From Bacillota bacterium (lineage in GTDB: Bacteria; Bacillota; Limnochordia; Limnochordales; DUMU01): a DNA stretch of 64,000 nt. The position numbers and the translations under genes were made by a program. Where the stretch lies: NCBI GenBank assembly GCA_012839805.1, contig DUMU01000033.1, positions 71,567 through 135,566 of the forward strand. The letters are read 5' to 3'. Shown here one piece after another: positions 37,661 to 45,657 of the stretch (the first letter of the stretch is position 1; each line of letters opens with the position of its first letter). The notes below the pieces were generated by a model, which saw only the letters and a list, made by a program, of their open reading frames with translations, did not search any database and was not told where the DNA came from.

Positions 37661-39358
37661 GTGGCAGCTGATCAAAGGGAAGCACCTTCTTGTGAACCAG
37701 TTGCTCAACGCTATGACATCATCGTGATCGGCGGCGGCCCCGGTGGTTATGCGGCCGCCATACGTGCTGCTGAACTGGGAGCCCGGGTGGCTGTTGTGGA
37801 ACGAGCGACGCTGGGGGGGACCTGTCTCAACGCAGGCTGCATACCTACCAAAGCACTCCTGCGCAGCGCCGAGGTGCTGGAGACCGTGCGGCAGGCCGAA
37901 CGGTTCGGGATTGTAGTACCTGAACCCCCGGGTGTGGCCTGGGAGAAGGTCCAGGCCCGGCGGGCGGAAGTGGTCAAAACTCTGGTCGAAGGCCTCACCC
38001 GGCTCGTCCGCGGCCACGGCATCGAAGTGATCCGCGGTGAGGCCCGGCTCTTGCCGCCGCCGCCCGGCAGCACCGCCGGCGAAGCCCCGGTGGTCGAGGT
38101 CTCGCCCGCCGGGACCCCCGCCGCCCCTGGTACGGCCGTCCCGGTGGCTCAGGGCGCCGCCGCCGGGCCGCAGGCAGGCGGCCGCCCCCTGCGCCTGGTG
38201 GCCGGGGACGTCGTTTTGGCCATGGGCTCGCTGCCGGCCCGGCTGCCCGTTACCGGGCTGGAAGGGCCGGGGGTGATCGGCAGTGACGAGGCACTGGTAC
38301 TCGACCGCCCGCCGGGCCGGCTCGCCATCATCGGCGGCGGGGTGATCGGGGTCGAATTCGCCTCGATCTACCGTTCTTTCGGGTCCGAAGTGGTCATCCT
38401 CGAAATGCTACCCTCGCTCCTGCCCGTGGCCGACGCCGAAATCAGCCGGCGCCTGGCTTTGGCCTTCAAACGGCGGGGCATCGAGGTGTACACCGGGGCC
38501 CGGCTCACCGAAGTTATCCGGATGGACGAGGGCCCGGCCGGCGGTGCGGGCAACGGTGCGGGCGGCCGCCCTGGCGGCGGTGCGGGCAGCACCGCGGGCG
38601 GCCGCGAAGGCAACATGGCTGGCGGCGGTACGGGCAGCGGCGTTGCGGCCGGCGACGGTGACGGCGGCCGCCGGGCGGCCGGTCGTTTCTTGCTTCGCTT
38701 CGAACGCGGAGGCAAAGAGGAGCAGACCACTGCCGATACCATCCTGGTCGCGGTGGGCCGGCGGCCCAACGTGACGGGCCTCGAGGGGACGGGTGTGGAG
38801 TTCGACCGGGGTGGGGTGAAGGTTGACCCGCAGCAACGGACCTCCCGGCCACACGTCTACGCCGTGGGTGACCTTACCGGAGGGACGATGCTAGCCCATG
38901 CTGCGTTCATGCAGGGGATCATAGCGGCCGAGGCGGCCCTGGGCCGGGCGGCCCACTGGCATCATGTCGTACCGGCGGCGGTATTCAGTTCACCGGAAGT
39001 GGCATGGGTGGGTGCCACCGAGGAAGAGCTCAGAGCCGAAGGCAGGGAGTATCGGGTGGCCAAGCTTCCCTTCGCAGCCGTGGGCAAAGCCCAGGTGCTC
39101 GGCGAAACCGATGGCATGGTCAAGCTCCTGGCTGAACCCGGAACGGGCGGGCGGATTCTGGGCGTGCACCTGCTGGGACCGGCCGCGACCGAGCTGGTCC
39201 ACGAGTTCACCCTGGCCATGCAGCAGGGACTCACCGTCGAACAGCTCGCCGGGACGATCCACGCCCATCCCACCCTCTCCGAGGCGGTGGCGGAAGCAGC
39301 CCATCTCTTTCTGGGGACGCCCGTTCACGCGGCGCCGGTTCGGCCCGCGCCGGTTTGA
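37661..39358 (+). CDS. lpd: dihydrolipoyl dehydrogenase with two low-complexity inserts
   Basis: Carries GGGPGGY, the redox-active GGTCLNAGCIPTKALL and C-terminal HAHPTLSE. The ORF opens at 37634, inside the putative -10 box, so GTG 37661 is preferred. Confidence 0.85.
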   Translation: MAADQREAPSCEPVAQRYDIIVIGGGPGGYAAAIRAAELGARVAVVERATLGGTCLNAGCIPTKALLRSAEVLETVRQAERFGIVVPEPPGVAWEKVQARRAEVVKTLVEGLTRLVRGHGIEVIRGEARLLPPPPGSTAGEAPVVEVSPAGTPAAPGTAVPVAQGAAAGPQAGGRPLRLVAGDVVLAMGSLPARLPVTGLEGPGVIGSDEALVLDRPPGRLAIIGGGVIGVEFASIYRSFGSEVVILEMLPSLLPVADAEISRRLALAFKRRGIEVYTGARLTEVIRMDEGPAGGAGNGAGGRPGGGAGSTAGGREGNMAGGGTGSGVAAGDGDGGRRAAGRFLLRFERGGKEEQTTADTILVAVGRRPNVTGLEGTGVEFDRGGVKVDPQQRTSRPHVYAVGDLTGGTMLAHAAFMQGIIAAEAALGRAAHWHHVVPAAVFSSPEVAWVGATEEELRAEGREYRVAKLPFAAVGKAQVLGETDGMVKLLAEPGTGGRILGVHLLGPAATELVHEFTLAMQQGLTVEQLAGTIHAHPTLSEAVAEAAHLFLGTPVHAAPVRPAPV

Positions 39359-40578
39359 GGCCCGGGTGTGGCGGGGACGCCGGCACTCACCTTCTCGAGC
39401 CGGGGCCAGGCAGAGCGAACCAGGAGGCTAGAGCCCGCCAGCACCGCCGCGGTGGCGAAGAACGGTGCTCGCAGGCCGAAGGTATCGCCCAGGGCGCCGC
39501 CCACGAGCGGTCCGAGGACGGCGCCCAGGGCATTGACGCTCTGGAGGAGACCGAAGGTGCGCCCCCGCTCCTCGGCGGGGACGCTCAGGGCCATCATCAG
39601 GCTCGAGCTGACGGAGATCCCGGCATTGGCGAGGCCAAAGAGGAAGCGGAAAAAGGCGAGTAACCAGGGGTTGAACGAGAATCCCTGTCCCACGTTGAAG
39701 AAGGCCGCCGCGGCAAGACAGGCAGTGAGCAGGGCCGGGGCATGGCGGGAGGCGCGCCGGGCAAGAAGCGGGCTTCCGATGATGGTCGCCACTCCCACCA
39801 GCGAATAAATGGCTCCGGTGATGAACTCTACTCTTCCGGTGGTCACCTGAGCGATGTAGAGGGGAAGCGTGGGTTGTACGAAGAGAAGCCCTGCTTGAAC
39901 CAGCAGCTGTACGGAGAAGAGCAGCCGCAAGTTCACGTTCTGGAGGCTTTCCCGCACGTCCTGCAAGACATGGGGCTGCTCTTTGCGCACGGGAGACCGC
40001 TCTTCGAGGCGGGCGACGTAGGGTGCGAGCGCGGCGAGGATCAGCAGGCACCCGCTGACGATGAGAGAACCTCGCGGGCCGGTATAGGCAGCGATAGCAC
40101 CCCCCACGAGGGGGCCCAGGATCAGTCCCGCCGCCCCTCCGGCCTGGAGGAGGCCGAGGGAACGCCCCAGTTCCTCCTCGGGAGTGTTGCTGGCTATGAA
40201 GGTATTAGACGCGGGTATGAAGCCGGAGACAAGGCCGTTCACCGCGCGCCAGAAGACGAGTTGACCCACGCTACGGGAGGTAGCCATGGCGAAGTAGGTG
40301 AGGCCCATGCCGAGGCCGGCCCGCAGCATCATGGGTTTTTTGCCATAACGATCGGACAATGAACCCCATACCGGAGCGATCAAGCTCGCGGTCAGGAAGT
40401 TGACCGAAAAGACCAGGCCCGACCAGAGCGGGAGATCATCTTCTACCCCCAGTTCGGCGACGAAGGCAGGAAGGAACGGGGTAACGATGGAGAACGCCAC
40501 CTGGGCCGTGAAGACGGCCGCCCAGACTACGTACAGGTTTCGCTGCCAGTAGGGAAGGTGCCGGAACCGGGGGATCAA
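39325..40578 (-). CDS. MFS_1 transporter (drug:H+ antiporter-like)
   Basis: 12 TM segments and motif A GSLSDRYGKKPMML. TTG start. Its 3' end overlaps the lpd 3' end by 34 nt in a convergent arrangement. Confidence 0.75.
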   Translation of the reverse strand: MIPRFRHLPYWQRNLYVVWAAVFTAQVAFSIVTPFLPAFVAELGVEDDLPLWSGLVFSVNFLTASLIAPVWGSLSDRYGKKPMMLRAGLGMGLTYFAMATSRSVGQLVFWRAVNGLVSGFIPASNTFIASNTPEEELGRSLGLLQAGGAAGLILGPLVGGAIAAYTGPRGSLIVSGCLLILAALAPYVARLEERSPVRKEQPHVLQDVRESLQNVNLRLLFSVQLLVQAGLLFVQPTLPLYIAQVTTGRVEFITGAIYSLVGVATIIGSPLLARRASRHAPALLTACLAAAAFFNVGQGFSFNPWLLAFFRFLFGLANAGISVSSSLMMALSVPAEERGRTFGLLQSVNALGAVLGPLVGGALGDTFGLRAPFFATAAVLAGSSLLVRSAWPRLEKVSAGVPATPGPQTGAGRTGAA

Positions 40579-40749
40579 TCACGTCGCCATCCTTCGCCGG
40601 GGTCGCGCCATGTTGCTACGGCGTCACTGAAAGTTCAGGGGCTGTAAGCCTGGGAGCTGGTAAGGCCTGCCCTGCGAGCGGCCGGAAGCAACGAGATAGC
40701 CAGCTCTGGCCGGCCAGGCAGTACAAGCACCATTTTAGCAGAAGCCGGC

Positions 40750-40778
40750 TTGCATCGATACGGGGACGATGCTAAAAT
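40750..40778 (+). promoter_or_regulatory. sigma-70-type promoter candidate (TTGCAT, 17 nt, TAAAAT)
   Basis: TTGCAT at 40750-40755 and TAAAAT at 40773-40778, with exact 17-nt spacing, in an AT-rich patch about 190 nt upstream of the RRM gene. Confidence 0.5.
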
Positions 40779-40965
40779 ATAAACGTGTTCGCGCCCCTGT
40801 GTCACCAGTTGGTCATCCGCTGCTGGTAGCGGCCTTGGCGCTCCGTCGATGGGCTGGCGATGGGGACTCGGCGTATCCGGGCTTCGCGGTGTATCCAGTT
40901 TGGTCAGCCTTGGGACGCGGACCCAGACTCGGTGCTGGCCATCGCCAGCAGAAGGAGACAATTGC

Positions 40966-41250
40966 ATGGCCAAGACTCTGTATGTTGGTAACCTTGCCTG
41001 GCGGACGACGGAGCAAGAGCTGACAGACTTTTTCGCCAATTACACACAGGTGCTTTCCGCACGGATTATCACTGACCGGGAGACCGGGCGGTCCCGGGGC
41101 TTTGGCTTTGTCGAGGTTCCGGACGAGGACATGGAGCGCGTGATTGCGGAGGCAAACGGCCAGCAGATCGACGGCCGCCCGATCAACGTCAAGGAAGCTC
41201 AGCCCCGGCCGCAGACGGTGGGCAGGGGGCCCCGGGAGCGCCGGTACTGA
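40966..41250 (+). CDS. RRM-domain RNA-binding protein
   Basis: RNP2 LYVGNL and RNP1 RGFGFVEV in a 94-aa protein. GAAGGAG lies upstream of ATG 40966. Confidence 0.85.
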   Translation: MAKTLYVGNLAWRTTEQELTDFFANYTQVLSARIITDRETGRSRGFGFVEVPDEDMERVIAEANGQQIDGRPINVKEAQPRPQTVGRGPRERRY

Positions 41251-41346
41251 GGCTCGTGGCGGTAGAGACTGGTGGCTCCTCCGGGTCAGGCAGCCCTTCC
41301 GGAAGAGAGTTCACCGGCGGCCGGTTCAGAACAGGAGTTGCGGTTA

Positions 41347-41385
41347 GGCGGGTGTATTCATCCTTGCACCCGCCTTTCTCTTTTT
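41347..41385 (+). terminator. intrinsic terminator of the RRM gene
   Basis: GGCGGGTG (41347-41354) pairs with CACCCGCC (41367-41374) and is followed by TTTCTCTTTTT. Confidence 0.8.
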
Positions 41386-41425
41386 GCGAAGGGCGGACCG
41401 GCGAGCAGTGAACGGGTGGTGAAGC

Positions 41426-42739
41426 GTGGTGGCCGGCGAGGGCGTCGTCGGCGCGGCAGGGTCGGGCGGGGCGGCCGGATGGCCGGGCCGGCGTGACCCA
41501 GGACTTGATCTTGTCAAAGGCATTGCCTGCCTCGCCATGCTCGTGGCCCACGTGGGGGCCGGCGGCCTTGCCTCCGGTGAGGCCGGCGCCGGGCTGGGGT
41601 GGACGCTCAACTTCTTTGGTGGCTACGCCCCGGTCCTTTTCTACGCGGTCGCGGGGGTGACCACGCTCTACCAGCTCCGCCAGCGGTCCTTCGGCTTGCT
41701 AGTCCGAATCTATGCTGGCATGTTCGTACTGGGCTACCTCTATGCGTGGGTCTGGCATCCGGGAGCGATCGTGGCCGACATCCTGCAAATCATCGCCATG
41801 GGTGTAGTGGCCACGGCCGGGGTAGCTCTATTACTGGATCGGATCGGGAGCGTGCTCCCGGCGGCAAGGTGGGCGGTGTGGCTGTGCCTTGCCCCCATAC
41901 CTTTTCTGCTCCATCTGATGGGGCGGCGTCTCCACTTGCCCTTTCCGGTGGCAGGATTCTTGTTCGTTCCAGGGGTCTTTCCTATTTTTCCCTGGCTCTC
42001 GTTTTTCTGGTGGGGCATCTTCGCCTATGGTTCACCGGGGCGCTGGCGAACAGGTGCGCTACTGGCAGCCCTCCTCGTGGTTGCGGGCTTGTTCTTCGGC
42101 GCGGGCGAGCCACTGGAAAAATGGAACATGAACCTCTCATACTACGCCCTGGGCGTGGCCCTCATCATGCTGGCTTTGCGGCCCGGGCAGGGTGCCGAGA
42201 CGGCCGGCCCGGCACGGGCGATGCCACGGCTGGGGGTAGGGGGGCTGGTGGCGCGCGGGCGGGGAGCGGCGGGCCGCTGGCTCCACTGGCTCGGCCGCTA
42301 CTCGCTAGTCTTTCTTTTCGCTCACCTGGCGTTGAACTGGGCGTTGTCCGAGAGGCTGGGATCGACGTGGGGCGGCCTGCACTACGTCTGGAAATGGCCG
42401 CTTGCATTGGCGGCCAGCAGCCTGTTGATGGCAGTTCACCTATGGGTGAACCGTTGGCTTTTCGGACGCCTGCCCTGGGAGGAATCCTGTTGGCCCTGGG
42501 TGGCGCTCCTCCTGGCGGGGCTGGCGGCGGGCTACCGTGTTGCGGGCATGTCCGCCGAGACTTCCCTGGCCATTCTCTACGCAACGGGGCTGGTCTGGGC
42601 TGCCAACTACCACCGTTTGTCCCGGTTGGTCCAGTCTTGGTCCGGAGACTCGGCGCCGCCGCGCCGGCCTGAAGGCCGGTTTTCCCGCCTGGCCCGCATA
42701 CTGGCCTCTTCTCGTTCCCATACTAGCGTCTGGCTGTAA
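41426..42739 (+). CDS. polytopic membrane protein (DUF1624 / acyltransferase_3-like)
   Basis: About 11 TM segments. The N-terminal DLVKGIACLAMLVAHV resembles the heparan-alpha-glucosaminide N-acetyltransferase-like family. The start is uncertain. Confidence 0.5.
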   Translation: MVAGEGVVGAAGSGGAAGWPGRRDPGLDLVKGIACLAMLVAHVGAGGLASGEAGAGLGWTLNFFGGYAPVLFYAVAGVTTLYQLRQRSFGLLVRIYAGMFVLGYLYAWVWHPGAIVADILQIIAMGVVATAGVALLLDRIGSVLPAARWAVWLCLAPIPFLLHLMGRRLHLPFPVAGFLFVPGVFPIFPWLSFFWWGIFAYGSPGRWRTGALLAALLVVAGLFFGAGEPLEKWNMNLSYYALGVALIMLALRPGQGAETAGPARAMPRLGVGGLVARGRGAAGRWLHWLGRYSLVFLFAHLALNWALSERLGSTWGGLHYVWKWPLALAASSLLMAVHLWVNRWLFGRLPWEESCWPWVALLLAGLAAGYRVAGMSAETSLAILYATGLVWAANYHRLSRLVQSWSGDSAPPRRPEGRFSRLARILASSRSHTSVWL

Positions 42740-42802
42740 CCGCCGGTAGGGGCGGCAGGAAGCCTTCGACGCCGCCGGCGTCGTCCTGCCAGGCCGTGGC
42801 CT

Positions 42803-43321
42803 ATGCCGTTGCCGGCGGGAGTCAGGCGAGACGCAGGGGGAGGATTGGCTGTGGACGAAGGTCGCTATCCAGCAGAATGGCGTCGTGGTGGTGGCGCGTT
42901 TGGACTCGGACCTTGGGCTGCATGGCGCGAGTGGCTCGAAGATATGCCCTTGCCGTGGGAAGGCCGCCCGGGCTGGTTGGGCCTGGGTCGAAGCTGGCCC
43001 AGCGTCGATGTTTACCAAACCGACGATGAGGTAGTGGTGCGGGCTGACCTTCCCGGCTGGTCGCCGGAGAACGTAGACGTTCACGTCACCGAAGATAGCG
43101 TTACGCTCCGCGGCGAAATGCAGCGAGACGAAGAAGAGCAACAGGGCAACGCTTACCGGCTGGAACGCCGGCGGGGAAGCTTCCTGCGGACCATCGCCCT
43201 GCCCGGCAAGGTTGACCCTGATCGGGCTGTGGCTCAGTTCCGGCAGGGGATCCTCGAGATTCGCCTGCCCCGCAGTCCCGCCGCCCGGGGGCGAAAGCTG
43301 CGCATAAATCCGGTTCAGTGA
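42803..43321 (+). CDS. Hsp20/alpha-crystallin small heat-shock protein
   Basis: Alpha-crystallin domain VDVYQTDDEVVVRADLPG...GILEIRLPR. The start is uncertain, and ATG 42944 is possible. Confidence 0.8.
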   Translation: MPLPAGVRRDAGGGLAVDEGRYPAEWRRGGGAFGLGPWAAWREWLEDMPLPWEGRPGWLGLGRSWPSVDVYQTDDEVVVRADLPGWSPENVDVHVTEDSVTLRGEMQRDEEEQQGNAYRLERRRGSFLRTIALPGKVDPDRAVAQFRQGILEIRLPRSPAARGRKLRINPVQ

Positions 43322-43369
43322 ACCTATGCAGGGACAAGGGACGGTTCGTAGGACGGTTCGTACCGCATC

Positions 43370-44371
43370 TCATACCGCCGCCTGTATTGCCGCGCCCGGT
43401 TCAGCCGGGCGCGGGCCGAGGATCGCCGTCCCCAGGCGGATGAGAGTTGCGCCTTCGGCAATGGCCAGCGGGAAATCGCGGGACATGCCCATGGAGAGGT
43501 GCTGCAGGTGGACGCCCGGGAGGCGCAAAGCGGCGATTCTGGCGGCCAGCTCCCGTAGAGAGGCGAACTGCCGGCGCACTTCGCTTTCTGAACCCGTAGC
43601 GCTGGCTACGGTCATCAGCCCGCGCAGGGACAGGGTAGGCAACTCGGCAACCCGGCGAGCGAGCTCGATGGTATCGGCGGGCGAGACGCCGTGCTTGGAC
43701 GGTTCACCGGAGGTGTTCACTTCAATCAAAACGTCCAACCGGCTCGGAACATTCTCGCCATCCTTACCGCTCTTACCAGGCTTTGTATTCTGTTCAAGCC
43801 CGCCACGTTCGCCAAGCCCGTCGAGCCCGCCGTGCTCACCGTGCTCGCCGTGTTCGCCGTGTTCGCCGCGCTCGCCGAGCGCGCCGTGCCTGCGTAACCA
43901 CTCGTCGAGCGAGCGTGCGAGTTCCAGGCGGTCGAGGGAGTGGAGCATGGTGATGCGCGGGCACACATCTTTTATCTTGTTGCGTTGCAAATAACCGATG
44001 AAATGCCACTCCAGCGGGTAAGCGGCCAGTTCAGGAGCGCCGGCTTTGGCGCGGAGTTCCTGGGCCCGGTTTTCCCCGAAGCAGGTAAGCCCGAGTTCCG
44101 CGGCCATGCGCAGCCGATCGACCGGGACGGTCTTGGTGGCCAGCACGATCTGGATTTCGGCCCGGGAGCGCCCGCTGGCGTGAGCGGCCAGCTGTATGGC
44201 CTCTTCCACGTGCCGGAGCCGCTCGGCCATGCGCCGGCGCACGGTTTCCGGGCTGGCCGCCCAGTCACCGGCGGCAAGCAATGCCTCTGGTGGTGGGGTA
44301 TAGAACGTAACCGGGTTGCGATGGGCCAAGAAAAGGTGCCTCCCGCAGGAGTTCTTGGATGCCGTTACCAC
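43370..44371 (-). CDS. yggS: YggS-family PLP homeostasis protein carrying a (GEH)n insert
   Basis: Carries VLATKTV (PLP Lys), FGENRAQEL, WHFIGYLQRNK, LSMGMSRDF and IRLGTAI. Likely true starts are TTG 44329 (after GGGAGG) or ATG 44230. Confidence 0.75.
   Translation of the reverse strand: MVTASKNSCGRHLFLAHRNPVTFYTPPPEALLAAGDWAASPETVRRRMAERLRHVEEAIQLAAHASGRSRAEIQIVLATKTVPVDRLRMAAELGLTCFGENRAQELRAKAGAPELAAYPLEWHFIGYLQRNKIKDVCPRITMLHSLDRLELARSLDEWLRRHGALGERGEHGEHGEHGEHGGLDGLGERGGLEQNTKPGKSGKDGENVPSRLDVLIEVNTSGEPSKHGVSPADTIELARRVAELPTLSLRGLMTVASATGSESEVRRQFASLRELAARIAALRLPGVHLQHLSMGMSRDFPLAIAEGATLIRLGTAILGPRPAEPGAAIQAAV
43832..43885. repeat. in-frame 9-bp tandem repeat (GTGYTCRCC, 5-6 units) inside yggS
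   Basis: Units start at 43832, 43841, 43850, 43859, 43868 and 43877 (the last degenerate). They encode GERGEHGEHGEHGEH on the minus strand. Confidence 0.9.
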
Positions 44372-44442
44372 TACCTTGCCGCCGGCGGCCCGTGGTTGTG
44401 GTTCACGATTGACGGTTGGCCGTAGTACACGGCCCGCGTACC

Positions 44443-44590
44443 GGTGACGGCCCGGCTGCTGCCGCGCGGCCTGGCGCCGGCGACGGGCCGCTGCAGGCGC
44501 CGGGCAGCTTGGTGCCGGCGACGGCCAAGGTGCTCCCGGACGGCCGAGTGCCAGGCGACGGCCAGGCTGCTGGGTGCCCGCGCTTCACTG
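44443..44590. repeat. four degenerate ~37-bp tandem repeats (GGYGACGGSCC...GCTGC...GGYGCC) upstream of tadA
   Basis: Units start at 44443, 44479, 44517 and 44554, with lengths 36, 38, 37 and 37. The period is not a multiple of 3. Confidence 0.7.
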
Positions 44591-44594
44591 CCGG

Positions 44595-44603
44595 TGCTAT
44601 ACT
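44595..44603 (+). promoter_or_regulatory. extended -10 promoter candidate (TGcTATACT) for tadA and the tRNA-Ser genes
   Basis: It lies immediately downstream of the repeat block and 83 nt upstream of the tadA ATG. Confidence 0.4.
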
Positions 44604-44685
44604 ACCTCCGGTCGAGCTGGGTGTACAGACCTGCAGAGCGGAGGGACAGGAGGATGGTCTCAAGGGAGGAGCAAGCCGGCAGGGC

Positions 44686-45156
44686 ATGACCGTGAGGAGC
44701 GAGGACCGGCAATGGATGGGCCGAGCTTTGGAGGAAGCAAGAGCGGCTTTACTGGAGGGAGAGGTTCCGGTCGGAGCGGTGATCGTCTGCGACGGGGCAG
44801 AAGTGGCCTGTGGCCACAACCGGCGCGAAAGCGACCGTGATCCAACCGCTCATGCCGAGATGCTGGTGCTGCGCAAGGCCGGGGAGCGGCTGGGGCGGTG
44901 GCGATTGACCGGTTGCACGCTCTATGTTACACTAGAGCCCTGCCCGATGTGCGCGGCGGCCATTGCCCTGGCAAGGGTCGAGCGGGTAGTCTTCGGTGCA
45001 GACGATCCCCGGCTCGGAGCGGTTTACTCGGTGTTTGACCTCTTGCGGCATCCGGCGCTCGGGCATCGGGTGGTAGTGGACGCCGGAGTCGGGCGCGAGG
45101 AAGCGGAAGCGTTGCTTGTGCAGTTTTTTTCCGGGCTGAGGACGCGGGAGAGCTAA
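44686..45156 (+). CDS. tadA: tRNA-specific adenosine deaminase
   Basis: CDA zinc motifs HAEMLVL and PCPMCAAAI. The ORF opens at 44416, but that extension is the non-coding repeat block. Confidence 0.85.
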   Translation: MTVRSEDRQWMGRALEEARAALLEGEVPVGAVIVCDGAEVACGHNRRESDRDPTAHAEMLVLRKAGERLGRWRLTGCTLYVTLEPCPMCAAAIALARVERVVFGADDPRLGAVYSVFDLLRHPALGHRVVVDAGVGREEAEALLVQFFSGLRTRES

Positions 45157-45174
45157 CGTGCAGTGGTGGTTCGC

Positions 45175-45265
45175 GGAGAGGTGCCGGAGCGGTTGAACGG
45201 GGCGGTCTCGAAAACCGTTAGGCGGGTTTTCCGTCTCGGGGGTTCGAATCCCCCCCTCTCCGCCA
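45175..45265 (+). tRNA. tRNA-Ser (anticodon CGA)
   Basis: Acceptor GGAGAGG/CCTCTCC, discriminator G and an encoded CCA. Anticodon loop CTCGAAA, a long variable arm and T-loop GGGGGTTCGAATCCCCC. Confidence 0.9.
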
Positions 45266-45271
45266 GTAGTT

Positions 45272-45296
45272 CACGTAGCTACCCGGTAGCTACGTG
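45272..45296 (+). other. perfect 11-bp hairpin between the two tRNA genes
   Basis: CACGTAGCTAC-CCG-GTAGCTACGTG with no U-tract. It may be a processing or structural element. Confidence 0.6.
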
Positions 45297-45366
45297 CAGC
45301 AGGTGTAAGCGTAGGCAAGCCTCTGCTTAGCGGCGTCAAAACAGAGTTGCATAATCTATTGGACGC

Positions 45367-45456
45367 GGAAGGGTGCTGGAGCGGCCGAACAGGCACGCCT
45401 GGAGAGCGTGTGGCGGTCTACGCCGCCCGTGGGTTCAAATCCCACCCCTTCCGCCA
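45367..45456 (+). tRNA. tRNA-Ser (anticodon GGA)
   Basis: Acceptor GGAAGGG/CCCTTCC, discriminator G and an encoded CCA. Anticodon loop CTGGAGA, a long variable arm and T-loop GTGGGTTCAAATCCCAC. It is followed by TTTTTG. Confidence 0.9.
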
Positions 45457-45657
45457 TTTTTGTGCCTTTCTAGCAGTTGCAGTGCTTAACGGAGCGTCCC
45501 ACGTCCGCGGTCTAGCGGGGTGGCTTCACTACGGGCTCCCGTACTCTCGTACCTGTGGGTGCGGGAACACGAGGGGCCGTAATCCCCCGTTGACTCAAGG
45601 GTTACAGCCCCTCGTGGCGATGGCAGCAAGGGTGGCCGGACCTGGCCGTTGGTATCT

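Noticed and set aside
44443-44590. Tandem repeats considered as a CRISPR array. Other short tandem repeats at 25850-25885, 43832-43885 and 52877-52912 were considered too.
   Set aside because: The units are contiguous with no unique spacers, are degenerate or very short (9-38 bp, 2-6 copies), and no cas genes are present.
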